This document shows, one piece after another, positions 1 to 60,140 of a stretch of DNA of 64,000 nt. Position 1 is the first letter of the stretch; each line of letters begins with the position of its first letter. Made by a program: the position numbers and the translations under genes. The stretch is from Balanoglossus misakiensis (lineage: Eukaryota > Animalia > Hemichordata), in assembly GCA_040954595.2 (NCBI GenBank), contig CM082577.2, positions 2,933,703 to 2,997,702 of the forward strand, read 5' to 3'. The notes under the pieces were generated by a model. It saw only the letters and a program-made list of their open reading frames with translations. It was not told where the DNA came from and ran no database searches.

Positions 1-3000
1 AAATTTCGGAAAGGAAAGTCGAACAAATTGTCATTTGTGGATGAATTTTTCATGAGCTATTAAACCCATGATTTTTTCAAAAAAATGAAGAAATTTTGAA
101 AATTTCGGAAAGTCGAAAATTTGTCATTTGTGGATGATTTTCATGAGCTATAAACCATGATTTTTTCAAAAAAATGAAGATACACATCTCTTGAGAGGTA
201 AATTTCGGAAAGTCGAAAATTTGTCATTTGTGGATGATTTTCATGAGCTATAACCCATGATTTTTTCAAAAAAATGAAGAAATTTTGAAATTTCGGAAAG
301 TCGAAAATTTGTCATTTGTGGATGATTTTCATGAGCTATAACCCATGATTTTTTCAAAAAATGAAGAAATTTTGAAATTTCGGAAAGTCGAAAATTTGTC
401 ATTTGTGGATGATTTTCATGAGCTATAACCCATGATTTTTTCAAAAAATGAAGAAATTTTGAAATTTCGGAAAGTCGAAAATTTGTCATTTGTGGATGAT
501 TTTCATGAGCTATAACCCATGATTTTTTCAAAAAATGAAGAAATTTTGAAATTTCGGAAAGTCGAAAATTTGTCATTTGTGGATGATTTTCATGAGCTAT
601 AACCCATGATTTTTTCAAAAAATGAAGAAATTTTGAAATTTCGGAAAGTCGAAAATTTGTCATTTGTGGATGATTTTCATGAGCTATAACCCATGATTTT
701 TTCAAAAAATGAAGAAATTTTGAAATTTCGGAAAGTCGAAAAATTGTCATTTGTGGATGATTTTCATGAGCTATAACCCATGATTTTTTCAAAAAATGAA
801 GAAATTTTGAAATTTCGGAAAGTCGAAAAATTGTCATTTGTGGATGATTTTCATGAGCTATAACCCATGATTTTTTCAAAAAATGAAGAAATTTTGAAAT
901 TTCGGAAAGTCGAAAAATTGTCATTTGTGGATGATTTTCATGAGCTATAACCCATGATTTTTTCAAAAAATGAAGAAATTTTGAAATTTCGGAAAGTCGA
1001 AAAATTGTCATTTGTGGATGATTTTCATGAGCTATAACCCATGATTTTTTCAAAAAATGAAGAAATTTTGAAATTTCGGAAAGTCGAAAAATTGTCATTT
1101 TTGGATGATTTTCATGAGCTATAACCCACGATTTTTTCAAAAAATGAAGAAATTTTGAAATTTCGGAAAGTCGAAAAATTGTCATCTGTGGACGATTTTC
1201 ATGAGCTATAACCCAGGATTTTTTCAAAAAATGAAGAAATTTTGAAATTTCGGAAAGTCGAAAAATTGTCATTTTTGGATGATTTTCATGAGCTATAACC
1301 CACGATTTTTTCAAAAAATGAAGAAATTTTGAAATTTCGGAAAGTCGAAAAATTGTCATCTGTGGACGATTTTCATGAGCTATAACCCATGATTTTTTCA
1401 AAAAATGAAGAAATTTTGAAATTTCGGAAAGTCGAAAAATTGTCATTTGTGCATGATTTTCATGAGCTATAACCCATGATTTTTTCAAAAAATGAAGAAA
1501 TTTTGAAATTTCGGAAAGTCGAAAAATTGTCATTTTTGGATGATTTTCATGAGCTATAACCCATGATTTTTTCAAAAAATGAAGAAATTTTGAAATTTCG
1601 GAAAGTCGAAAAATTGTCATTTTTGGATGATTTTCATGAGCTATAACCCATGATTTTTTCAAAAAATGAAGAAATTTTGAAATTTCGGAAAGTCGAAAAA
1701 TTGTCATTTTTGGATGATTTTCATGAGCTATAACCATTGATTTTTTCAAAAAATGAAGAAATTTTGAAATTTCGGAAAGTCGAAAAATTGTCATTTTTGG
1801 ATGATTTTCATGAGCTATAACCCATGATTTTTCAGAAAATGAAGAAATTTTGAAATTTCGGAAAGTCGAAAATTTGTCATTTGTGGATGATTTTCATGAG
1901 CTATAACCCATGATTTTTTCAAAAAATGAAGAAATTTTGAAATTTCGGAAAGTCGAAAAATTGTCATTTGTGGATGATTTTCATGAGCTATAACCCATGA
2001 TTTTTTCAAAAAATGAAGAAATTTTGAAATTTCGGAAAGTCGAAAAATTGTCATTTTTGGATGATTTTCATGAGCTGTAACCCATGATTTTTTCAAAAAG
2101 AATGAAGAAATTTTGAAATTTCGGAAAGTCGAAAAATTGTCATTTGTGGATGATTTTCATGAGCTGTAACCCATGATTTTTTCAAAAAATGAAGAAATTT
2201 TGAAATTTCGGAAAGTCGAAAATTTGTCATTTTTGGATGATTTTCATGAGCTATAACCCATGATTTTTTTCAAAAAATGAAGAAATTTTGAAATTTCGGA
2301 AAGTCGAAAAATTGTCATTTTTGGATGATTTTCATGAGCTATAACCCATGATTTTTTTCAAAAAATGAAGAAATTTTGAAATTTCGGAAAGTCGAAAATT
2401 GTCATTTTTGGATGATTTTCATGAGCTATAACCCATGATTTTTTCAAAAAATGAAGAAATTTTGAAATTTCGGAAAGTCGAAAAATTGTCATTTGTGGAT
2501 GATTTTCATGAGCTATAACCCATGATTTTTTCAAAAAATGAAGAAATTTGAAATTTCGGAAAGTCGAAAATTTGTCATTTTTGGATGATTTTCATGAGCT
2601 ATAACCCATGATTTTTTTCAAAAAATGAAGAAATTTTGAAATTTCGGAAAGTCGAAAATTTGTCATTTTTGGATGATTTTCATGAGCTATAACCCATGAT
2701 TTTTTTCAAAAAATGAAGAAATTTTGAAATTTCGGAAATTCGAAAAATTGTCATTTTTGGATGATTTTCATGAGCTATAACCCATGATTTTTTTCAAAAA
2801 AATGAAGAAATTTTGAAATTTCGGAAAGTCGAAAAATTGTCATTTTTGGATGATTTTCATGAGCTATAACCCATGATTTTTTTCAAAAAATGAAGAAATT
2901 TTGAAATTTCGGAAAGTCGAAAAATTGTCATTTTTGGATGATTTTCATGAGCTATAACCCATGATTTTTTCAAAAAATGAAGAAATTTTGAAATTTCGGA

Positions 3001-6000
3001 AAGTCGAAAAATTGTCATTTGTGGATGATTTTCATGAGCTATAACCCATGATTTTTTCAAAAAATGAAGAAATTTTGAAATTTCGGAAAGTCGAAAAATT
3101 GTCATTTGTGGATGATTTTCATGAGCTATAACCCATGATTTTTTCAAAAAATGAAGAAATTTTGAAATTTCGGAAAGTCGAAAATTTGTCATTTGTGGAT
3201 GATTTTCATGAGCTATAACCCATGATTTTTTCAAAAAATGAAGAAATTTTGAAATTTCGGAAAGTCGAAAATTTGTCATTTGTGGATGATTTTCATGAGC
3301 TATAACCCATGATTTTTTCAAAAAATGAAGAAATTTTGAAATTTCGGAAAGTCGAAAATTTGTCATTTGTGGATGATTTTCATGAGCTATAACCCATGAT
3401 TTTTTCAAAAAATGAAGAAATTTTGAAATTTCGGAAAGTCGAAAATTTGTCATTTGTGGATGATTTTCATGAGCTATAACCCATGATTTTTTCAAAAAAT
3501 GAAGAAATTTTGAAATTTCGGAAAGTCGAAAAATTGTCATTTGTGGATGATTTTCATGAGCTATAACCCATGATATTTTCAAAAAATGAAGAAATTTTGA
3601 AATTTCGGAAAGTCGAAAATTTGTCATTTGTGGATGATTTTCATGAGCTATAACCCATGATTTTTTCAAAAAATGAAGAAATTTTGAAATTTCGGAAAGT
3701 CGAAAATTTGTCATTTGTGGATGATTTTCATGAGCTATAACCCATGATTTTTTCAAAAAATGAAGAAATTTTGAAATTTCGGAAAGTCGAAAAATTGTCA
3801 TTTGTGGATGATTTTCATGAGCTATAACCCATGATTTTTTCAAAAAATGAAGAAATTTTGAAATTTCGGAAAGTCGAAAAATTGTCATTTGTGGATGATT
3901 TTCATGAGCTATAACCCATGATTTTTTCAAAAAATGAAGAAATTTTGAAATTTCGGAAAGTCGAAAAATTGTCATTTGTGGATGATTTTCATGAGCTATA
4001 ACCCATGATTTTTTCAAAAAATGAAGAAATTTTGAAATTTCGGAAAGTCGAAAAATTGTCATTTGTGGATGATTTTCATGAGCTATAACCCATGATTTTT
4101 TCAAAAAATGAAGAAATTTTGAAATTTCGGAAAGTCGAAAAATTGTCATTTTTGGATGATTTTCATGAGCTATAACCCACGATTTTTTCAAAAAATGAAG
4201 AAATTTTGAAATTTCGGAAAGTCGAAAAATTGTCATCTGTGGACGATTTTCATGAGCTATAACCCAGGATTTTTTCAAAAAATGAAGAAATTTTGAAATT
4301 TCGGAAAGTCGAAAAATTGTCATTTTTGGATGATTTTCATGAGCTATAACCCACGATTTTTTCAAAAAATGAAGAAATTTTGAAATTTCGGAAAGTCGAA
4401 AAATTGTCATCTGTGGACGATTTTCATGAGCTATAACCCATGATTTTTTCAAAAAATGAAGAAATTTTGAAATTTCGGAAAGTCGAAAAATTGTCATTTG
4501 TGCATGATTTTCATGAGCTATAACCCATGATTTTTTCAAAAAATGAAGAAATTTTGAAATTTCGGAAAGTCGAAAAATTGTCATTTTTGGATGATTTTCA
4601 TGAGCTATAACCCATGATTTTTTCAAAAAATGAAGAAATTTTGAAATTTCGGAAAGTCGAAAAATTGTCATTTTTGGATGATTTTCATGAGCTATAACCC
4701 ATGATTTTTTCAAAAAATGAAGAAATTTTGAAATTTCGGAAAGTCGAAAAATTGTCATTTTTGGATGATTTTCATGAGCTATAACCATTGATTTTTTCAA
4801 AAAATGAAGAAATTTTGAAATTTCGGAAAGTCGAAAAATTGTCATTTTTGGATGATTTTCATGAGCTATAACCCATGATTTTTTCAGAAAATGAAGAAAT
4901 TTTGAAATTTCGGAAAGTCGAAAATTTGTCATTTGTGGATGATTTTCATGAGCTATAACCCATGATTTTTTCAAAAAATGAAGAAATTTTGAAATTTCGG
5001 AAAGTCGAAAAATTGTCATTTGTGGATGATTTTCATGAGCTATAACCCATGATTTTTTCAAAAAATGAAGAAATTTTGAAATTTCGGAAAGTCGAAAAAT
5101 TGTCATTTTTGGATGATTTTCATGAGCTGTAACCCATGATTTTTTCAAAAAATGAAGAAATTTTGAAATTTCGGAAAGTCGAAAAATTGTCATTTGTGGA
5201 TGATTTTCATGAGCTGTAACCCATGATTTTTTCAAAAAATGAAGAAATTTTGAAATTTCGGAAAGTCGAAAATTTGTCATTTTTGGATGATTTTCATGAG
5301 CTATAACCCATGATTTTTTTCAAAAAATGAAGAAATTTTGAAATTTCGGAAAGTCGAAAAATTGTCATTTTTGGATGATTTTCATGAGCTATAACCCATG
5401 ATTTTTTTCAAAAAATGAAGAAATTTTGAAATTTCGGAAAGTCGAAAAATTGTCATTTTTGGATGATTTTCATGAGCTATAACCCATGATTTTTTCAAAA
5501 AATGAAGAAATTTTGAAATTTCGGAAAGTCGAAAAATTGTCATTTGTGGATGATTTTCATGAGCTATAACCCATGATTTTTTCAAAAAATGAAGAAATTT
5601 TGAAATTTCGGAAAGTCGAAAATTTGTCATTTTTGGATGATTTTCATGAGCTATAACCCATGATTTTTTTCAAAAAATGAAGAAATTTTGAAATTTCGGA
5701 AAGTCGAAAATTTGTCATTTTTGGATGATTTTCATGAGCTATAACCCATGATTTTTTTCAAAAAATGAAGAAATTTTGAAATTTCGGAAAGTCGAAAAAT
5801 TGTCATTTTTGGATGATTTTCATGAGCTATAACCCATGATTTTTTCAAAAAATGAAGAAATTTTGAAATTTCGGAAAGTCGAAAAATTGTCATTTTTGGA
5901 TGATTTTCATGAGCTATAACCCATGATTTTTTTCAAAAAATGAAGAAATTTTGAAATTTCGGAAAGTCGAAAAATTGTCATTTTTGGATGATTTTCATGA

Positions 6001-8050
6001 GCTATAACCCATGATTTTTTCAAAAAATGAAGAAATTTTGAAATTTCGGAAAGTCGAAAAATTGTCATTTGTGGATGATTTTCATGAGCTATAACCCATG
6101 ATTTTTTCAAAAAATGAAGAAATTTTGAAATTTCGGAAAGTCGAAAAATTGTCATTTGTGGATGATTTTCATGAGCTATAACCCATGATTTTTTCAAAAA
6201 ATGAAGAAATTTTGAAATTTCGGAAAGTCGAAAATTTGTCATTTGTGGATGATTTTCATGAGCTATAACCCATGATTTTTTCAAAAAATGAAGAAATTTT
6301 GAAATTTCGGAAAGTCGAAAATTTGTCATTTGTGGATGATTTTCATGAGCTATAACCCATGATTTTTTCAAAAAATGAAGAAATTTTGAAATTTCGGAAA
6401 GTCGAAAATTTGTCATTTGTGGATGATTTTCATGAGCTATAACCCATGATTTTTTCAAAAAATGAAGAAATTTTGAAATTTCGGAAAGTCGAAAATTTGT
6501 CATTTGTGGATGATTTTCATGAGCTATAACCCATGATTTTTTCAAAAAATGAAGAAATTTTGAAATTTCGGAAAGTCGAAAAATTGTCATTTGTGGATGA
6601 TTTTCATGAGCTATAACCCATGATATTTTCAAAAAATGAAGAAATTTTGAAATTTCGGAAAGTCGAAAATTTGTCATTTGTGGATGATTTTCATGAGCTA
6701 TAACCCATGATTTTTTCAAAAAATGAAGAAATTTTGAAATTTCGGAAAGTCGAAAATTTGTCATTTGTGGATGATTTTCATGAGCTATAACCCATGATTT
6801 TTTCAAAAAATGAAGAAATTTTGAAATTTCGGAAAGTCGAAAAATTGTCATTTGTGGATGATTTTCATGAGCTATAACCCATGATTTTTTCAAAAAATGA
6901 AGAAATTTTGAAATTTCGGAAAGTCGAAAAATTGTCATTTTTGGATGATTTTCATGAGCTTATAACCCACGATTTTTTCAAAAAATGAAGAAATTTTGAA
7001 ATTTCGGAAAGTCGAAAAATTGTCATCTGTGGACGATTTTCATGAGCTATAACCCATGATTTTTTCAAAAAATGAAGAAATTTTGAAATTTCGGAAAGTC
7101 GAAAAATTGTCATTTTTGGATGATTTTCATGAGCTATAACCCATGATTTTTTCAAAAAATGAAGAAATTTTGAAATTTCGGAAAGTCGAAAAATTGTCAT
7201 TTGTGGATGATTTTCATGAGCTATAACCCATGATTTTTTCAAAAAATGAAGAAATTTTGAAATTTCGGAAAGTCGAAAATTTGTCATTTTTGGATGATTT
7301 TCATGAGCTATAACCCATGATTTTTTCAAAAAATGAAGAAATTTTGAAATTTCGGAAAGTCGAAAAATTGTCATTTTTGGATGATTTTCATGAGCTATAA
7401 CCCATGATTTTTTCAAAAAATGAAGAAATTTTGAAATTTCGGAAAGTCGAAAAATTGTCATTTGTGGATGATTTTCATGAGCTATAACCCATGATTTTTT
7501 CAAAAAATGAAGAAATTTTGAAATTTCGGAAAGTCGAAAAATTGTCATTTGTGGATGATTTTCATGAGCTATAACCCATGATTTTTTCAAAAAATGAAGA
7601 AATTTTGAAATTTCGGAAAGTCGAAAAATTGTCATTTGTGGATGATTTTCATGAGCTATAACCCATGATTTTTTCAAAAAATGAAGAAATTTTGAAATTT
7701 CGGAAAGTCGAAAAATTGTCATTTGTGGATGATTTTCATGAGCTATAACCCATGATTTTTTCAAAAAATGAAGAAATTTTGAAATTTCGGAAAGTCGAAA
7801 AATTGTCATTTGTGGATGATTTTCATGAGCTATAACCCATGATTTTTTCAAAAAATGAAGAAATTTTGAAATTTCGGAAAGTCGAAAATTTGTCATTTGT
7901 GGATGATTTTCATGAGCTATAACCCATGATTTTTTCAAAAAATGAAGAAATTTTGAAATTTCGGAAAGTCGAAAAATTGTCATTTTTGGATGATTTTCAT
8001 GAGCTATAACCCATGATTTTTTCAAAAAATGAAGAAATTTTGAAATTTTT
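1..8050. repeat. 87-bp tandem satellite array (~92 monomers) with ~3.05-kb higher-order repeat; probably continues beyond window start
   Basis: Unit CATGAGCTATAACCCATGATTTTTTCAAAAAATGAAGAAATTTTGAAATTTCGGAAAGTCGAAAAATTGTCATTTGTGGATGATTTT repeated head to tail; rare variants recur 3050-3051 bp apart. Confidence 0.97.
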
Positions 8051-8228
8051 GATTTTTGAACTACCGGTATTCTCATGCCCTGTTAGAGAATCTCGTTCCG
8101 GATCTCGAAAACGGAGTACATTGTTTTGACTTGACTTAAACAGCATCATAATAGCATTGGACAAAAAGACATTCCTGATCAGGGGAGTCACATGAGAAAC
8201 AACATACAAAAGTTCTTTTCAATACATG

Positions 8229-8234
8229 TTTTAT
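8229..8234 (-). terminator. Candidate polyadenylation signal (AATAAA) of the fibropellin-like gene
   Basis: TTTATT on + strand ~1.5 kb past the stop codon, after an AT-rich 3'UTR-like stretch. Confidence 0.4.
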
Positions 8235-9741
8235 TTTCAAATTTATCAAAAAAAATCCATCATATATCTTGTGGTAAATGAGTTTACTTGGGTTTAAATA
8301 CACGAACAAGGCTGTCATGCCAAGGCAACAGCCAGCAACATTTATTCTATAGCTACCATAATCATCACAGCCATACACCCACCCACCCTCCCAGGTAGAA
8401 AATACTCGTACCAGCCCTTTGATCGCAAAGTGGCAGATCAATTGATGAAAAAAAAGGTTAGTTCCCTCAGTTGTAATACAGATTCCATACTGTAAATAAT
8501 ATTTTTGCTAGGAATATCACCTATAGTTCAAACAGTCCTCTCTTTCTTGATCAGCCAAATTCTCAGAACTGTTTTCCATGGTTTAAATGAACGCCAATGT
8601 TATATAAGTAACTCTATTTAAAAAAAAATACAATCAAGTTATTGTAAGAATTCTTTTCAAAAATTCAAAATCACAACCGACTCACATATGCGAGACAACA
8701 ACAGCCTGACTGGAATATTTAAACCCATTCAAGGTGAATAAAATTGTACATCAAGGAAAGTCATTTTTTTCAATCAGGCAAACTTCCACATGATATCAAG
8801 CTGTCGTTTCTCTTAGAAAATTTACATTAAATATTTAAAAAAAATTAATGATAATACTTTTGGTATTAAAGTTGAGTTTAAATTAAGGTGTAATGCTGTA
8901 GTTTCATTGAAAATAACAAATACTGTGAACATCATTGAGACATTTCTGTCAAGTGATGGTTAATGTGATAGTCGAGGCAAACTATCCTCATTCATAGCTA
9001 TATACCTGTTGACCTTTGAAGCTATATAACTGACTGCCCGGAACCATAATTCTCTAGCTCTACACATGGCTAAATTAGCATCATTACTAGTAACGGGCTA
9101 TACATTTCATGTGACCTGCAGGAGACTCAATTTTCCACAAATTGACTAATTTTAGGTCAAAGGTCAATGGTTGTCGAGGAGCTTGGAAGATCAGCTGAAG
9201 CTGGCCAGCCAATCACTGAATGGGTTACCGCAGCAGTAGACCAAATTTCCTAGAATATTTTCTTATTTTCTGTCTATGGCTTTGTTACTATGGCAATTTG
9301 CAACCTGAGTAAAATCCTGTTACATAGCACACACCTTCAAACACTTACATGAAAATTTCACCAAATACAAATAATAATGTCAGGAAATTCATCAAATCTA
9401 CAAAAAAAATAATTTCACAATGGTTGCAGAGAGTATATCTCTGGAATTTTTTGATTATCTTACAAAAAAATTGCATAGTTCCACATGTTCTGTATTTGAT
9501 AAAATTTGTACAGCATTATATGCAGTGTACAAAGTATGGGCTCGTTTTCGCAAAACAAAAATCTTTTCATATTTTATAAAATGTTCAGTGGGAAAATTCT
9601 TATTTAAATAAAATGTCTGCATTGGTTAAATTTTTGCATCCAAGGCACATCGCGGGTAAAATTACAGCAGACAAGCCTGTACAAGAAAATAGCCCATACG
9701 TGACTTGTACAATAAAAATCCGCCATTTTTTTCAACAACTT

Positions 9742-56130
<46,389 letters not shown>

Positions 56131-56720
56131 TTACACAATGGATGTGGATACAGTTTCGTTACACAGTCGACTCGACCAGTGTTCAAGACTTTCAGATATC
56201 GCGAGAAGTAGAAGACGACTGGCGCAGGTGTTAGATCCTACGAGTAACTCGCGGCTATCACGATAGCTTGCTTCATCGCCTCTTTGTACAAAAAATGACT
56301 CCCCGGGGGTAGTGACACACGTAGGTACGGAGGGAGGTGTAACGCGGCGCGGGGGGACAGTGGAATGCGTCCGGGTGTTCCCCACTGGAGTAATCCAAGG
56401 TGTACCCCTTTCAAATGGAAATTCAGCTGCACTCTCTCCCGGCAAGATTAACAAAAGGCCGAGTACCTGCGCGTCGAAGCAAATAAGCCGCTCGGCCCTC
56501 CCTTTTCACCCAGGCAGAAGTTCGGTCGATTTTATCCTCAGCGAGGCGCTCGTCACAAAAGAAGCAACTTCGACCCACCGCTGCGACTACTCGGAGTGAC
56601 CGTGCGTATGAAGGTGCTCTGTGACATGCAAGCCATCGACAGGTTATAATTCGGTTGCCACGGGCAACGCAACGCGATACTCCGGTATTGTTCGGGGAAG
56701 CGAAGCGGGGGTGATATCTT
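56131..56720 (-). promoter_or_regulatory. CpG/GC-rich 5'UTR and promoter region
   Basis: GC- and CpG-rich segment directly upstream of the signal-peptide ATG. Confidence 0.5.
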
Positions 56721-57298
56721 GACCCGAGCTATTTTTCGGGCTAAATCGGTTGAAAGGTGATATATAAAACAATTTAATTGGCTCCACTGGACGTTGGAAA
56801 CCGAGGTGCACCAGTCATAGGTGTAAATAAGCCCCCACAGGGCCTCATAACTGATATCCTGAGTGCATGGATTATGACTTAATGTAGGCTAGAGGGAACT
56901 GTAGTTGCTAAAATGATAAACCGTTGGAGAATAGTTCAGTAATGCTTTACGTCGACCACACCGTGGAGGCTTTGGTACCTCTATAGCTGCAAAAAGAACC
57001 GTTTATACTTCTAGTTGCGAAGAAAGCTGGCGCAGACCACGGCCTCTCCCTTTTCCCCAGACAAGGAACTCGCATTAGTGCCATTATAATAATTATTGCT
57101 AATGGCTGTATGTAATGAGGTTAATTAGTCGACCGACGTTATAAACGGATTTTCTACTCGTCATAAAAATTTATAATTACTCACGTGACGTCTCGACGTC
57201 TATCCGCTGTTTTTTTTATACACGGTATACAGTGTAGACGTGGGAGGGATGGCCGTCTTGAATTGCATACACTCACACAAGAGCGTCTATATACTCAT

Positions 57299-57299
57299 C

Positions 57300-57349
<50 letters not shown>
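57299..57349. repeat. (CAA)n microsatellite
   Basis: ~17 CAA units. Confidence 0.95.
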
Positions 57350-57350
<1 letters not shown>

Positions 57351-57372
57351 TTCACACACAAGGTACACTCAC

Positions 57373-57580
57373 CAAGAGAAAAATTGCCGGGGTCCTGCGT
57401 CGGAAAGACGGGAGCGCTGGTGGTGACATCCGGGAATGGTTCCGCGGTTGTCAAGGCCTCGGTTATTGCTGGAGCTTCTGATGTCAAAAACGGCAGGAGG
57501 GTCGTCACGACAACCGGGGCGGTCGTCGTCGGAGCGAGCAAGTGTTCGTTGCAACCATCCTCGTAACAACAAATGATGTT
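57373..57580 (-). CDS. Exon: end of three-finger domain + mucin-like Thr/Pro stalk
   Basis: 208 bp, phase 0-1, NIICCYEDGCNEHLLAPTTTAPVVVTT...QDPGNFSL. Confidence 0.85.
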
Positions 57581-60045
57581 CTGTCGGAGTGAAAGTAAAA
57601 CATTTCGACTTGTAGAAAGCAGATATTGACACAGGATTTTCATTGTACAATAACCCGCGCAGACATATGCTGTTGTCATATAAGATGCTTGTGAAAGACT
57701 TCGAACACTATTGCATTCAATGTGAAGGCGTGACTTTAGTATTTCGTGGGCTCCCACCGAAGAAAATAATGTAACATGGGCTTCTTATTCAATTTGGCAC
57801 GAATCGGAAACCATATCAACAGTTTCGCGGCCGTATTTACTCGAACTTCTGGAGAAAGTATCTTTTTTTTCAGTAAAAGCCTCATCACATCAATGAGGTA
57901 AACAACTATGGCAATTCTCGCTCAGTCTGCCCTCGTTCCCATGGATACCCGAATCATTCGGGGGGGGGGGGGGGGGTGTTGACTTACAGGATATTCGTCC
58001 CCACAGAATATTTGGACTTGACTCTCCACCAGGCATCCCTTGACGAGCGAGTCACCTGTGCCCCCTGTGGTCGTTACGTAACAACTACCGCTGATGGCGG
58101 TACAGCTCGTCTGTCCGGCTGGGCAAGCAGGCTGCGTACACGCGCAGACAAAGTCACCCACTGTTGAGATACAAAGAAATATTGGTAAATATTCTACAAT
58201 TCTACAAAGAACAATCATAACATAGGGAAAATATCAAATAAACACAGTTGCTGGTCAAAAAATCACGTGACAGGTCTCGTGTCAGTGATGTGAATACATT
58301 AAGGGGGTCTACGCTTGCGCGTTGAGAGCTGTACGCACCGAGGACTGGAGTCTCACAGTTCGTTCCGCTGTAACCATCCTGACAATCACAGCTGTAACTT
58401 GTGCCAGAATTAATACACGTGGCATTATTCAGACACGGGTTGGGGTCACACAAATCTAAAATAAAAATGGCAGGGGAAGGGAAAGCATAAATTAAAACTC
58501 ATGCAATGGAGGAAACGGAGGGCACCAGTTTACTAGAGAGGTGACTATAATATCAATGTCCCTCCACACAGTGTGGAGAGACCGTGCTAATATGCAGACT
58601 TCTTCATTCAGCTTTATGGGGATTTAAGGCAAAACGTGGCTTGTGTTGTTTAGCGGCCGTGTGTGATTTGCGTATTTATGCGTGGACTAGTGCTTAGCCG
58701 CAGTTTATGTGTGTGCATTAACATTAATTTTTGTTATTATTACATATATTAAAATATTATATTATAGTCACACAACAAAGATAGGGCTACCATATGACAC
58801 TGTGGGTTATTGTTTTTAGATTTACAAAGACAACAAAACTACAAGCGACTGACTAGTGGGCTAGTCTACGATGTTAGTATAACGCGAGCATTTTATGTTG
58901 TTAATTGAAACGGACTGCGTGGCTATTGCGCACACACGCAGCCCAGGTGCGCACGCATGTTATGGCACGTGGTCTTATAGCAGGACACGCTGTTGTAATC
59001 CTAAGTTGTACCTGTTACTATCTGTTCGCAGCGGAGGCCCGTGTATCCCACACGGCACGAACACAGGTATGACGTGGTGTCGTTGAAGTTTTGGAAGCAG
59101 AAGCCTCCGTTCAAACAGGGGTTCGGATCGCAAGGGTTCACTGTTTGCGCAAAAGTACATATGAAGAGAAGAGAAGAAGTAAACGACATGCATAAGATAT
59201 GACAAAACAAAGAATGAAAAGTAAACGAGAACTGAAAACGAACAGAGAGATTGTGAGGAGTGAGGAATAAATTATCATAATGAGGGTAAATATATCAGTG
59301 TTTAAAAACTAAGAAAACACGCAAAACAGATTATAATTAATTAGTCACGTCAAAACAAGCATTTGTGAATTTAACAGAAACTTCTACAAATAAAAACTAG
59401 GCTACCTGCTAATTCACAATTGATGCCGGTGTAACCTTCATAGCAACTGCAGAAATAATCCGCGGTGTCCGAGGAACTCAGAAAACAGTCACCGTTCACA
59501 CAAGGGTTCTGTGCGCATGCGTCTACTGTAATATAGTTGTCAAGACAGCGGGAAGGCGATGTGAGTGGTTGATGTATTGGTGCATACCGATAAACTATTG
59601 GCCGAGAAGGGGTTGCATAGAAGTCTTAAACGGCTGTATTAATTCTAGGCATTCATTGCTGGTGAAACTTAGCTTAGATTGGTTAGCAGCGGCAGTATGT
59701 TTAAATTTGGCCAAGAGCTAAAGTTTTCAAATAAGAAGAAAGTTAACTATTACATTTCTCCAGAATACCTTCTTGTAGTTCAGTGATTATACAATATTAA
59801 GATTCCCTTTCAAATTAGTCAGACAGATGATTAGAGTGTGGGGTTATTTAAAATTGGATATGATATACAAGAGAGAATGTTTAAAAGAAGACAGAAATGT
59901 TTTATATTAACTAATGCACGGTGAGAAAGATATTTGTTACTAAGAGTAGACGGAAGGAAAAATAATGCATTAAGTACTGGTTGACGTGACAGTTCCTATA
60001 ACACGTCTGAAGACAGTGTCATCAACAAGTAAGATGAATAAATAA

Positions 60046-60140
<95 letters not shown>

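Noticed and set aside
1-200. Irregular monomers and a 19-bp foreign insert (181-199)
   Set aside because: Looks like low-quality consensus at a contig end (many homopolymer slips) rather than biology.
290-307. CENP-B box-like motif TTTCGGAAAGTCGAAAA in the satellite
   Set aside because: Spacing between the CpGs is one base short and the CGGG element of nTTCGnnnnAnnCGGGn is missing.
1-8050. CRISPR array
   Set aside because: No unique spacers, units are contiguous, no cas genes, and the DNA is eukaryotic.
241-8076. Long minus-strand ORFs (up to 807 aa) of the repeat MTIFRLSEISKFLHFLKKSWVIAHENHPQ
   Set aside because: Expected from a stop-free 87-bp (29-codon) monomer; homopolymer indels break the frame repeatedly, the variants I checked mostly change amino acids, and there is no unique N- or C-terminus.
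57185-57566. Poly-Q / poly-N plus-strand ORFs
   Set aside because: (CAA)n microsatellite plus antisense of a real exon.
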